DNA of 43,017 nucleotides. It comes from Chiloscyllium plagiosum. Its lineage: Eukaryota. The stretch covers positions 1 to 43,017 of the forward strand of contig NW_025214728.1 of assembly GCF_004010195.1 (NCBI RefSeq). The letters run 5' to 3'. The notes beneath the pieces were generated by a model. It had not been told where the DNA came from, made no database searches, and saw only the letters and a program-made list of their open reading frames with translations. Below, one piece after another: positions 1 through 10,820 of this stretch (within the stretch, counting starts at the first letter, position 1; every line of letters starts with the position of its first letter). Made by a program: the position numbers and the translations under genes.

Positions 1-226
1 GTGCACATTCTCCCAGTGTCAGCATGGGTTTCCTCCGGGTGCTCCGGTTTCCTCCCACAATTGGAAAATGTGCAGGTTAGGTGAATTGGCCATGCTAAAT
101 TGCCCGTAGTGTTAGGTGAAGGGGTAAATGTAGGGGAATGGGTCTGGGTGGGTTGCTCTTCGGAGGGTCAGTGTGGACTTGTTGGGCTGAAGGGCCTGTT
201 CCTACATTGTAATCTAATCATCTAAT
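1..226 (+). mobile_element. HE1-type V-SINE, 5' part cut off by the window start
   Basis: V-domain TGCACATTCTCCC..GGGTTTCCTCCGGGTGCTCCGGTTTCCTCCCAC, CR1/HER1-like 3' end GGACTTGTTGGGCTGAAGGGCCTGTT and an (AATCT)n tail. Confidence 0.85.
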
Positions 227-616
227 GTAAACATCCAGAAAAGGGCCAGAAGTAGACCACATTCACCTGGAAGTGAAATTTGTCTCTTGATCTTAACAAT
301 ATTAAGGGTCACATTCGCACTAGGTGTTAATTTGATTATGAGTGCAAAAGAAAAAAAGATTATTACTAATTTTTAGTTGCACTCTTTTCATCTCAGAACT
401 GCAATGCAAGGTGGTTGCTTTTTTTAAAATCATGGATTAAATTCTGTCAAGTAAGTAGACTAATGACATAGTACTGCAACATGAAGGGGAGACAAATATA
501 TGTAAGGTTTACTGGAGGTGGGCGGGGGGGGCGGAAATCACTCGAAAGATCACTTCAGTTGCCTCATTTAAGATGAAGCACTTTGGTCTGCATTTTGTCA
601 CACTACACTTTTATAA

Positions 617-839
617 AGTTAAAAATCACAACACCAGGTTATAGTCCAACAAGTTTAATTGGAAGCACACTTGCTTTCAGAGCGACGCTCCTTCATCAGG
701 TGATAGCCACTATCACCAGATGAAGAAGCATCGCTCTGAAAGCAAGTGTGCTTCCAATTAAATCTGTTGGACTATAACCTGGTGTTGTGATTTTTAAACT
801 TTGTACACCCCAGTCCAACACCGGCATCTCCAAATCATG
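617..839 (+). mobile_element. Short palindromic non-autonomous Penelope-like element (inverted pseudo-LTR) with hammerhead cores
   Basis: About 90-bp inverted arms (617-706 and 710-~802) around a CCA loop, an asymmetric tail GTACACCCCAGTCCAACACCGGCATCTCCAAATCAT, and TSD ACTACACTTTTATAA (602-616) / ACTACTCTTTTATAA (840-854). Confidence 0.75.
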
Positions 840-1019
840 ACTACTCTTTTATAAGCCTTACATTAAGCAGAAACTAATAGTGCGCTGGACAATTTGTTCC
901 TTTTTTCATGGTTGGCTTCCTGCACAATATAAAATGGCTTCATATAAAATTACACAAGCAATTCCAAGTTACAAAACGTTACTGGAGTCACAGTAACTAT
1001 CTGCTGTCTGTTAGGCAAC

Positions 1020-1924
1020 AATGAGGGGATTAAAGGGTGGGTAAGCAAGTTTGCAGACGACACAAAGGTTGGAGGTGTCACTGACAGTATAGAGGGCTGT
1101 TGTAGGCTGCAGCGTGACATTGACAGGATGCAGAGATGGGCTGAGAGGTGACAGATGGAGTTCAACCTGGATAAATGCAAGGTGATGCATTTTGGAAGAT
1201 CGAATTTGAAAGCTGAGTACAGGATTAAGGATAGGATTCTTGGCAGTGTGGAGGAACAGAGGGATCTTGGTGTGCAGATACATAGATCCCTTAAAATGGC
1301 CACCCAAGTGGACCCAAGCATATGGTGCTTTGGCTTTCATTAACAGGGGGATTGAGTTGAAGAGTCGTGAGATCTTGTTGCAGCTCTATACAACTTTGGT
1401 TAGACCGCACTTGGAATACTGCGTCCAGTTCTGGTCGCCCTAATATAGGATAGATGTGGATGCTTTGGAGAGGGTTCAGAGGAGGTTTACCAGGATGCTG
1501 GCTGGACTGGAGGGCTTCTCTTATGAAGAGAGGCTGACTAAGCTCGGACTTTTTTCACTGGAGGAGAAAAGGAGGAGGAGAGGTGACCTAATTGAGGTAT
1601 ACAAGATAATGAGAGGCATAGATAGTCTCTGGCTATCGACTCTATTTCCCAGGGCAGAAATGGCTAACATGAGGGGTCATAGTTTTAAGCTGGTTGGAGG
1701 AAAGTATAGAGGGGATGTCAGAAGCGGGTTCTTTACACAGAGTTGAGAGAGCATGGAATGCGTTACCAGCAGTAGTTGTGGAAGCAAGGTGACTGGGGAC
1801 ATTTAAGAGACTGCTGGACATGCATATGGTCACAGAAATTTAAGGGTGCATACATGAGTATCAATGGTCGGCACAACATTGTGGGCTGAAGGACCTGTTC
1901 GGTGCTGTACTGTTCTATGTTCTA
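1020..1924 (+). mobile_element. CR1/HER1 LINE, 5'-truncated ORF2 C-terminus and 3' tail (defective)
   Basis: KFADDTK, MEFNLDKCKVMHFG, LVRPHLEYCVQFWSP, LERVQRR, RGDLIEVYKI and WNALP motifs across frameshifts; ends in TGTTCTATGTTCTA. Confidence 0.92.
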
Positions 1925-2215
1925 ACATGCTCACACCATTACCAAGAGTAGAATTATGAGGTGCCAGCCTGGAGTAGCAAATAAACAGAATTGTGTGCGT
2001 GTTAAACAGCATGCTATGGACAGAGCGAAGGTGAACTCACAACCAATGCATCTGGCCACAAATCTGTTTTGTTCCATCCAATCATGAATGATGATATGTA
2101 ATTATTTAATTAAAAAGGAAGTGGTGTCATGAACATTCCCATTCTGGATGATACTGAGGCCAGCATAACACAAATTAACAATAATACAGCATTTAAAAGT
2201 ATGTTTAGTCAAAAG

Positions 2216-2332
2216 ATATTTTCTGATCAACCTGTTCAGAGATGTTGTTACACACCTCTGAAACAAATGGAACTTGAACCCAGCCCTCCTGGTACCAAGG
2301 CAGGGACATTATCCTTGCCATCAGAGGACCCC
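2216..2332 (-). mobile_element. Short tRNA-derived SINE-like repeat, copy A
   Basis: Minus-strand B-box GGTTCAAGTTCC (2269-2280); aligns by eye with 2992-3107 and 3372-3468. Confidence 0.6.
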
Positions 2333-2619
2333 CAATCTTTAGCCAGAAATACCACGCAGATGATCCTTCTCAACTGCCTGCAATTACAAACCAATCTTCA
2401 ACTAGTTAAATTTACTTGATACGATTTCAAGAAATGGCTCTGTGTATTAAGTACGGCAAAGAATTTATGGTCTGTCAACATCCTGCCCTGATTCCTGAAG
2501 GCCTGTTCCCCAAAAATAAAAAAAACTGCTCTAGCGCAGCTATAATAGTACATCTGAAAGATAACGTGAACATTTGCTCAGCTATGAGCAGATCAGACAG
2601 CTTCTGGTCCAGAGGTTGG

Positions 2620-2940
2620 ATTAGATTAGATTAGATTCCCTACAGTGTGGAACAGGCCCTTTGGCCCAACAAATCCACACCGACCCTCCGAAGAGCAACC
2701 CATCCAGACCCATTCCCCTCTGATTAATGCACCTAACACTAGGGGCAATTTTGCATGGCTAATTCACCAGACCTGCACATCTTTGGGCTGTGAGATGAAA
2801 CCAGAGCACTCGGATGAAACCCACACAGGCATGGGGAGAATGTGCAAACTCCACACAGACAGTCACCTGAGGCTAGGATCGAACCTGGGGCCCTGGTGCT
2901 GTGAGGCAGCAGTGCTAACCACTGAGACACCATGCCGCCC
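2620..2940 (-). mobile_element. HE1-type V-SINE, full length
   Basis: Minus strand begins GGGCGGCATGGTGTCTCAGTGGTTAGCACTG (A box) then GGTTCGATCC (B box), V-domain and (AATCT)n tail at 2620-2637. Confidence 0.9.
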
Positions 2941-2991
2941 AGTAACATGACCATGGCATCACAAGGCCTTTTTTCTTGATTCTCAGATATA

Positions 2992-3107
2992 GATATTTTT
3001 CAATCAACCTGTTGAGATGTGTCATGACAAATATTTGGAACAGCTGGAACTTGAGCTCAACCTGTCTGGCACAGAGGTTTGAGCACCACCACTACATTAT
3101 AAAGCCC
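2992..3107 (-). mobile_element. Short tRNA-derived SINE-like repeat, copy B
   Basis: ATATTTT..ATCAACCTGTT..GAGATG..GGAACTTGA..CTGG.ACAGAGGT shared with copies A and C. Confidence 0.55.
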
Positions 3108-3257
3108 TTTGTTTTTACTCAGCTACATTCAGCACATTAAAAATCAGACAAATTTAACATAACAAACTGCTACTCAAACTAATAACTAGCAAACCGGTGG
3201 AAGTAATTGTCAAAAATTAAAGCGAGCAGCCCTTATTCATCAAAAAATAAAGAAGTT

Positions 3258-3355
3258 CTGAAAAAAATGTCACTGAGCCAGAAACATTCACTTTGCTTCT
3301 CTCTCCACAGATATTGCCTGACCTGCAGAGCTTCTCCTGCAATTTCTGTTTTTGG
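3258..3355 (+). mobile_element. Degenerate Penelope-like element 3' terminus
   Basis: CTGAAAAA..GAAACATT..CAGATATTGCCTGACCTGCAGAG resembles the PLE end at 8611-8700 (GATGCTGCCTGACCTG). Confidence 0.5.
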
Positions 3356-3371
3356 TTCTTAATCATTGATA

Positions 3372-3468
3372 AATATTTTCTAAACAGCCTGTTCTGGGAT
3401 GCTATTACACATCTCCAGAACTTGAACCTCTTGATCCAGAGGTAGGGACACTATCACTGTGCCATTAG
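3372..3468 (-). mobile_element. Short tRNA-derived SINE-like repeat, copy C
   Basis: Minus-strand A-box-like TGGCACAGTGATAG and B-box GGTTCAAGTTC; same 3' part as copies A and B. Confidence 0.6.
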
Positions 3469-3749
3469 ATTTGCAATCATATCTTGCATAAAGAAGTATG
3501 ATTGTAGTCCAAGCCCAAGTCATCACTGCATGATCTCCTCACAGTAAAACCTTTGATGATCCACCTCCAATTACTTTGATTTATCATAAGGTCAGTTGTT
3601 GGAGCATTCAATGAAAAGTCAGAGCGTACACCTCGATTTGTTAAATAATGAAGAGGTCCATCAAACAAGACCTATACCACACTCATACGTGAACTAATAA
3701 ATGGCAAGTATTATTCATGTCAGTCAAGTCTTCAACAATGATTTTCTAC

Positions 3750-4460
3750 AAGAGACAACCTCAGCAATTTGACATTTAACAACATTACTATAGTAAATTC
3801 TTCTACCATCAACATCCTAAGATTTGCCCTTGGACAGAAACTCAGCGAGACTAGCTGCATAAATGCTGCGACCTTGAGAGCAGGTTAAAAACCGAATATT
3901 GCATAAGTGCCTTAACAGTCTAAATCCAAAAGCATTTCCACAATCAATAATAAACAAGTCAAAAACATGAAGTAGTAAGATAGATTATTCTCCACTTGCC
4001 CATGGGATGGGTGCAGAACAAAAGCATTCCAGATGGTGGGTGATATCCAAGGAAAAAAAGTAGTCCTCTTAACTGACACTATGCACCAGCTGAAGCATTC
4101 ACTTCCTCCAGCATCATCGCTACGGATTTTACCAGTCTAAAAGGTGCACATCACTCTCTTTTTCAGCATCACCTCCTAATTTCTATCATTTCAAAAAAGG
4201 ACAACAACAACAGGTGCATGGAAATTCAAATCACCTTGGTGTTCCATGAAGTCTCACATGACACCCCACACTGACCAGATATTACTGCTCTGTAATAATC
4301 TCTTCATGAAAATCCTGCAACTTTCTATTTGACAGGATTGTAGGAGTACCTTCACTACAAGGGCTGCAGCAGCTCAAGGAAAAGGTTCACCACATGAACT
4401 ACCTTCTCAAGGGCAACTAAGAATGGATAAAAAATGGCAGCTTTGTTAGATATGCATATA
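3750..4460 (+). mobile_element. Old non-LTR retrotransposon 3' end (CR1/L2-group, distinct from HER1)
   Basis: Degenerate ORF2 C-terminus GGGCTGCAGCAGCTCAAG..CTTCTCAAGGGCAACTAAGAATGG (GLQQLK..LLKGN*); the same end appears reversed at about 13100-13200. Confidence 0.5.
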
Positions 4461-4744
4461 TATCAATAATTTATTTTTGTAAATATTCTGCAGAAACAAT
4501 AAACGAAAATATCAAAATTTGTTTAGAGAAAACATTCGAGCCTCATTGTTTATGTAAACAATAAAAAAGGAGCTGCTTATTGTCAAATGAAGCAAGAAAA
4601 TTGTTTCATTGTTTACTCTTGGTTCACAACATATTACAGACCATATTAATGGATGAATGATTCGTGCTATGTAACTGAATTGCAGTTGACTATTGTTTTA
4701 GTTCATCCCATGTTTGTACTCAACAACAAAAAAAGCATTGCTAG

Positions 4745-5380
4745 AAAGACACAAAGTCAATGCTTTTCATTTTTCACTCATCAGAACTAGAATGCAAGAT
4801 ATCAAAATTAGAAAGGCAACAATTTATCCAGCATAAAAAGATGGTGCTAATTGGCTGGGATGCAGCAAGAACTGTTCACTGTTAATCTTAGTTAACTGAT
4901 TACACACTGACCAGACTGGTAGGCCCTGAGTGATCAGGACATTGCCATGTAGATGTCAGTGAGGATTGTTACTCTCCATAAACCTTTCCTCAAGACAAAG
5001 TGCAATGTTTGGACAAGTTATTTTTGCTGACAAAGAACAAGGGCCTGAGATATGAACATAAACAGCATCACAGATGAACAGATGAATCACCCTGCAACCC
5101 AACTGATAATCTTAATTTGGTTTCTGGTCTAATTCTTAGCATAGTCTGGATTTAGTAAATGCTGTCCAATAGTAGAATCACATGCAATCTTGAACATGGT
5201 GATCTGACATTTTAAGCAGAGGTTGGTAGGGCATGGTTGGTACGCTGCCTGCTGCAAATGATCAAAGCACGATGTAATTTGATAGAGTCCAATAGTCATT
5301 GGGGCATCTTTCCTACACCTGCCATGACATTGGTACTGAAACTCATTCTATATTAATCATAGTGTGGTAAGGAACAAGCA
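4745..5380 (-). mobile_element. Degenerate Penelope-like element: GIY-YIG remnant and 3' end with hammerhead core
   Basis: Minus strand near 5300-5345 reads EFQYQCHGR/VGK (YEFxC..YVGxT-like); minus-strand CTGATGA (4784-4778)..GAAA (4768-4765). Confidence 0.5.
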
Positions 5381-5396
5381 TTTCTTGGCTTGAAGC

Positions 5397-5610
5397 TAAA
5401 AATCACACAACGCCAGGTTATAGTCCAACAGGTTTAATTGGAAGCACTAGCTTTTGGAGCGTTGCTCTTTCATCAGGTGGTTGGTATGACAACCGCCTGA
5501 TAGAGCGGTGCTCCAAAAGCTAGTGCTTCCAATTAAACCTGCTGGACTATAACCTGGTGTTGTGTGATTTTTAACTTTGTACATCCCAGTCCAATACCGG
5601 CAACTTTAAA
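5397..5610 (+). mobile_element. Short palindromic non-autonomous Penelope-like element, copy 2
   Basis: Same family as 617-839; arms around a GTATGA loop (5484-5489); perfect 14-bp TSD TCTTGGCTTGAAGC (5383-5396 and 5611-5624). Confidence 0.8.
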
Positions 5611-5679
5611 TCTTGGCTTGAAGCAACATCTTAGTAGTGCACAAAACCATTTCTGTATCTGCTGCAAAGTGGCAAGGTG

Positions 5680-6132
5680 AAAGACACAGGAATCAAAATA
5701 GGCTATTCAGCCTATCGAGTCTTCTCTGCCATTTAATGAGATCTTGGCTGATCTGATAACCGTCAACTCCATTATAATACCTTTTCCCTTAATCCTTCAG
5801 AAAAATCTAACTCAGTCTTGACTATACTTATCAAACCAGCTATGACTCAATGACACAGCCTTCTTCAGCAAAGAATTCCACAGATTCACTACCCCGAGAA
5901 AGGAAATTCTTCATCTGTCTGAAATAGTGCCCCTTTAACTTAGATTATACCCTCTCGACTCACAAGGAGAAAACCACCTTTCCACAACTACCCTATAAAG
6001 CCCCCTAAAATCTTTGTCTGATATATAAGGTGATCTCTCACTAGGAACAGGCCTGACCTATTCACCGACTCCTCAGAAGATAGTCTCTCCATAACTGGGA
6101 TCAACCGAGTGAACTTTACTACTCTGGACTAC
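5680..6132 (-). mobile_element. CR1 LINE 3' portion, interrupted by the PLE at 6133
   Basis: Reverse CR1 tail (AATAGGCTATTCAGCC, GAATTCCACAGATTCAC = VNLWNS); continues after 8736. Confidence 0.75.
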
Positions 6133-6184
6133 AACCGCCTCCGCAATCGCCAGGAAGACCATCGCCGACAGATTCGCAGCCTCC

Positions 6185-8267
6185 GTGGGGCCCACATCCA
6201 CCGGGAACAACACCGTTTCTGCCGTCGCCGCAAACACTTCCGCCCCTGGAGTTGCCATCGCCGCATCTACTTCCGTCCCCAGTGACGTCACTCACCTGAA
6301 CAACGACCATGCCACATGCGTCTCCACCCCCATGCCGATCTCCACCCCCACAACCAACTCCGCCCCCACGCCTAGCTCCAGCCCCACACCAGGTCCTAGC
6401 TCCCAGCCCTGCCATATTTTCACCATCCCTCCAGACCTCCCCCTCTCTGAGGACGAAAGATCAGTCCTCAGCAGATGCCTCACCTTCATCCCCCTATGCT
6501 CCCGGATTAATGAGTTCAACACGCGGCGAGACATCGAACAATTCTTCTGCCGCCTTCGGCTCTGCGCCTACTTCTCCAACCAGGATTCTCGCCCACCCTC
6601 TGACGACCCCTCTTCCCGCCTCCAACACACCCCATCCACCTGGACACCCCGTGCTGGTCTCTTACCCACCCTCGATCTCTTCATAGCGAACTGCCGCCAT
6701 GACATTAACCACCTCAACCTGTCCACCCCTCTTACCCACTCCAACCTCTCACCCTTGCAACGTGCAGCCCTCCACTCCAACCCCACCCTCACTATCAAAC
6801 CAGCAGACAAGGGAGGCACGGTGGCAGTTTGGTGCACCAATCTTTACATTGCTGAGGCTAAACGCCAGCTCGCGGACACCTCCTCCTACTGCCCCCTTGA
6901 CCATGACCCCACCTCCCACCACCAAACCATCATCTCCCAGACCATCCATAACCTCATCACCTCAGGGGATCTCCCATCCACCGCCTCCAACCTCATAATC
7001 CCACAACCCCGCACCGCCCGTTTCTACCTCCTGCCCAAAATCCACAAACCTGACTGCCCCGGCCGACCCATTGTCTCAGCCTGCTCCTGTCCCACTGTAC
7101 TCATCTCTGCATACCTCGACACGGTCCTGTCCCCCTTAGTCCAAGAACTCCCCATCTACGTTCAGGACACCATCCACGCCCTCCACCTCCTCCATGATTG
7201 CTGCTTCCCTGGCCCCCAACGCCTTATCTTCACCATGGACATCTCATCCCTATACACTTCCATCCCCCATCACAAAGGCCTCCAAGCCCTCCGCATCTTC
7301 CTTTCCCGCCGAGCCAGCCAGTACCCTTCCACTGACACCCTCCTTCGACTGACTGAACTGGCCCTCACTCTGAACAACTTCTCTTTCCAATCCTCCCACT
7401 TCCTCCAAACCAAAGGAGTAGCCATGGGCACCCGCATGGGCCCCAGCTATACCTGCCTCTTCGTCGGATATGTGGAACAGTCCAACTTCCGCAGCTACAC
7501 TGGCACCATCCCCCATCTTTTCTTCTGCTACATCGATGACTGTATCGGCGCTGCCTCGTGTTCCCACGGTTGAACAGTTCATCCACTTTACTAACACCTT
7601 CCACCCCGACCTCAAATTTACCTGAATCGTCTCAGACTCCTCCCTCCCCTTCCTAGACCTCTCAATTTCTATCTCGGGCAACCGACTCAACACGGACATT
7701 TACTATAAACCGACTCCCATAGCTACCTAAATTACACCTCCCACCCTGCCCCCTGTAAAAACGCCATTCCATACTCCCAATTCCTTCGCCTCCGCCGCAT
7801 CTGCTCCCAGGAGGACAATTCCACGACCGAACAACCCAGATGGCCTCCTTCTTCAAAGACCACAATTTCCCCTCAGACATGGTCGACGATGCTCTTCACC
7901 GCATCTCCTCCACTTCCCGCTCCTCCGCCCTTGAACCCCGCCCGGCCAATCGCCACCAGGACATAACCCCACTGGTCCTCACCTTCCACCCCACCAACCT
8001 CCAGATACATCGTATCATCCTTCGTCATTTCCGCTACCTCCAAACAGACCCCATCACCAAGGATATATTTCCCTCCCCTCCTCTATCAGCATTCCGGAAA
8101 GACCACTCCCTCCGCAACTCCCTCGTCAGGTCCACACCCCCCACCAACCCAACCTCCACTCCTGGCACCTTCCCCTGCAACCGCAAGAAATGCAAAACTT
8201 GCGCCCACATCTCCCCCCTCACTTCCCTCCAAGGGCCCAAGGGATCCTTCCATATCCACCACAAATT
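6185..8267 (+). pseudogene. PLE reverse transcriptase to start of GIY-YIG ORF, frameshifted
   Basis: IKPADKG, FYLLPKIHK, PGRPIVS, TMDISSLYTSIP, QTKGVAMGTRMGPSY and YIDD in ORF 6185-7573. Frameshift after CSH, an in-frame TGA near 7623, then a continuation in ORF 7840 (PLVLTFHP, TFPCNRKKCKTC). Confidence 0.88.
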
Positions 8268-8364
8268 NNNNNNNNNNNNNNNNNNNNNNNNNNNNNNNNN
8301 NNNNNNNNNNNNNNNNNNNNNNNNNNNNNNNNNNNNNNNNNNNNNNNNNNNNNNNNNNNNNNNN
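8268..8364. other. Assembly gap (N run) inside the PLE nuclease region
   Basis: Run of N. Confidence 1.
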
Positions 8365-8610
8365 AGGAACCCTCCAACCACAAGGGATGAATGCAGATTT
8401 CTCCAGTTTCCTCATTTCCCCTCCCCCCACCTTATCTCAGTCCCAACCCTCGGACAGCACCGCCTTCGTGACCTGCAATCTTCTTCCCGACCTCTCCGGC
8501 CTATCACCCTCACCTTACCTCCTTCCACCTATCGCATTCCCAACGCCCCTCCCCCCAAGTCCCTCCTCCCTACCTTTTATCTTAGCCCTCTTGGCATACC
8601 TTCCTCATTC

Positions 8611-8638
8611 CTGAAGAAGGGCTTATGCCCGAAACATC
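8611..8638 (+). ncRNA. Minimal type I hammerhead ribozyme-like motif at the PLE 3' end
   Basis: CTGAAGA-A-GGGC-TTAT-GCCC-GAAAC-ATC; the stem III palindrome ACGT appears mutated to ACAT. Confidence 0.65.
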
Positions 8639-8735
8639 AATTCTCCTGCTCCTGGGATGCTGCCTGACCTGATGCGTTTTTCCAGCAACACATTTTTCAG
8701 CTCTAATCTCCAGCATCTGCAGTCCTCACTTTCTC

Positions 8736-10820
8736 CTGGACTACCATCAATGTCAGTATATCTTTGCCTGGATAAGAGGATACTCAAAACTGTTTGCATC
8801 ATTCCAGCTGTGGTCTTACTAGTGCATTGCACAGTTTTAACAAATTTTATATTCCATTCCTTTTGAAATAAAGGCACAACAATCCCTTTGTTTCCTTATT
8901 ATCTGCAGAACTTGTATGCTAGTTTATTTGTAGTTTATACATAAGAATTTCCAAAATCCAAAAAGCTTTCTGTCATCTTTCTCCATTTAAATAATATTAA
9001 GCTCCTCTATTCTTCCTGCCAAAAAGCATAACCTCATATTTTTCCACATTAAATTCCATCTGTCAAGTTTATGCCCACTTCCTTAACCTGTTTATATCCT
9101 TCTGCAGAACGTATCCTCTTCAGCACCTGCCTTCCCAACCATTTTTGAGTCAACCACAAAACATAACTACAGAATATTCATTTTCCTCATCCAAGTCATT
9201 TACATATATTTAATGAACAATAATCCCCAACATTAGTCCCTGTGGCATTCCAAGAGATACACGTTGACATCCTGCAAATGTTCATCTCTCCCAAGTCTGT
9301 CTTCTATTAACTACTCAACCCTCTACCCATGCTGACATACTAGTTTCAACACCATGGGATCTTATTCAGCTTCAATGTGTGCTACATTATCAAGTGCCGT
9401 CTGAAAATTCAGATATATTACATCCAATTATCTCTTGCTTGATTCTCTGTCATATACTATAGCTGCTATAACTATTCCTACCAGTCTTTTCTTCCCCTTT
9501 TTACTTCTTACCTCCAATGATGTGGACTCTGCATCTTCCAATCCAAGATCATTTTTTACTATGATACATATTCCATTTCATACTAAGAATGCTAACTTTA
9601 TCTTCATGCCAGTCATTTTGAAAAGTTACATATCCCTAAATATTTAGTTCCTAGCTTTGATCTTTTTACAAGATGTCCCAGTAATGACTAATCATATCCA
9701 TAACTTCTATTTGCAACGTTAATTCATTTATTTTGTTCCAAATATTACGCGCAAGTAAAAAGCCAATACTTTTGCCTTTTTACGGTTTCCTTTTTTCTTT
9801 GACGCAGTTTATTGCTGTTTTTCTATGTTTGTTCACGGTCTCTTCCCGTCACACACTGGGTATTATTTTCCAAAATAGCTGCCCTGTAATTCAACCACAT
9901 CTCATGCTTTGTGAGCCTACATTACCCATTTCCCAAACCCTGCGCCTTTATTAATTAGTTTGAAGCAGCCTTTGTTAGTTGATTCTTCAGCATAGTTCAA
10001 GTGAAGCCCGTCCCATGGAGCACCTCCAATACCAGTGCCAGTGCCCCAGCAAATGAAACCCATTTCCTTCCGAACCCCTCGCCACCCCCACACTAATCTT
10101 TAGGCTGTTCATTGAGTTGATTTAGTTTATGCCAGTTTACCCATGGCTCAGGTTGTAATCCAGAAATAATTAACTTCAAGATTCTTTGTTTCAATTTAGC
10201 TTGTAAACGTTCAAAATCTTTGAGCAGAATCTACTTTTTATTCCTATCACTGTTGTTAGCAACAACATCAAATACATCAGCAGGATCCTATCCTTTCCAT
10301 TCTAAGTTCTTCTCCAGTCATAAGAAGCTGTCCTTGCCCCAGATAACAGGCAGCCAGCATAACCTTCACAACTCCTGCTCACTGCTGCTGAGAACAGTAC
10401 CCATCCCCGTAATGAGCTTGTCCCCAACCACCACGATGTTCTTATTTGCTACCCTCGGGAGCCATGAACGACTTGAGTGCTTTCCTGTTCCAAGTGACTT
10501 GGTCAGTTTGCTCATCCGTCTGATATCTCCACTCAGTTTGCAAGAGCCTCACCGGGCAATTTAGGGGCCAAAGACCTTCGACTGTAACTTCCTAGGTTCC
10601 CATACATACCTCACATGCAATCACACCTTCCTGTTGCTGATCAAAAACCAATTTTTAATTATTTAATTTGAGGAATATTTCATTTGCTCTCTGAAGCAAA
10701 GAGTCCAGGTAACTTTCCCCTTCCATGATGCGTCACAATAGCTGCAACTCAGACTCCAACTCCTCAAACTGGATCCAAAGTTTATCAAGCTGCAAACACT
10801 TATTACAGCTAACTTCACCT
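8736..10820 (-). mobile_element. Continuation of the old CR1: RT, endonuclease and ORF1 remnants with internal deletions
   Basis: MEFNVEK-like (9040-9060), NARNI (about 9742-9756), and ORF1 zinc-finger/zipper CNKCLQLDKLWIQFEELESELQ on the minus strand at about 10743-10808. Confidence 0.65.

Larger units (their letters stand above)
6133..8735 (+). mobile_element. Penelope-like retroelement (Neptune-type), 5'-truncated and defective
   Basis: PLE RT motifs, Cys linker PCNRKKCKTC before the nuclease, 3' hammerhead core, and 9-bp TSD CTGGACTAC (6124-6132 and 8736-8744). Confidence 0.9.

Noticed and set aside
617..839. miRNA precursor or DNA-transposon MITE
   Set aside because: Three copies in the window, long TSDs, an asymmetric tail and hammerhead cores fit a PLE derivative; small-RNA production cannot be judged from sequence.
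2216..3468. tRNA genes or a CRISPR-like array
   Set aside because: The units are diverged, irregularly spaced and lack a full cloverleaf; vertebrate context and no cas genes.
6073..8430. Multiple G-rich minus-strand and alternative-frame ORFs
   Set aside because: Shadows of the C-rich PLE ORF with no independent protein motifs.
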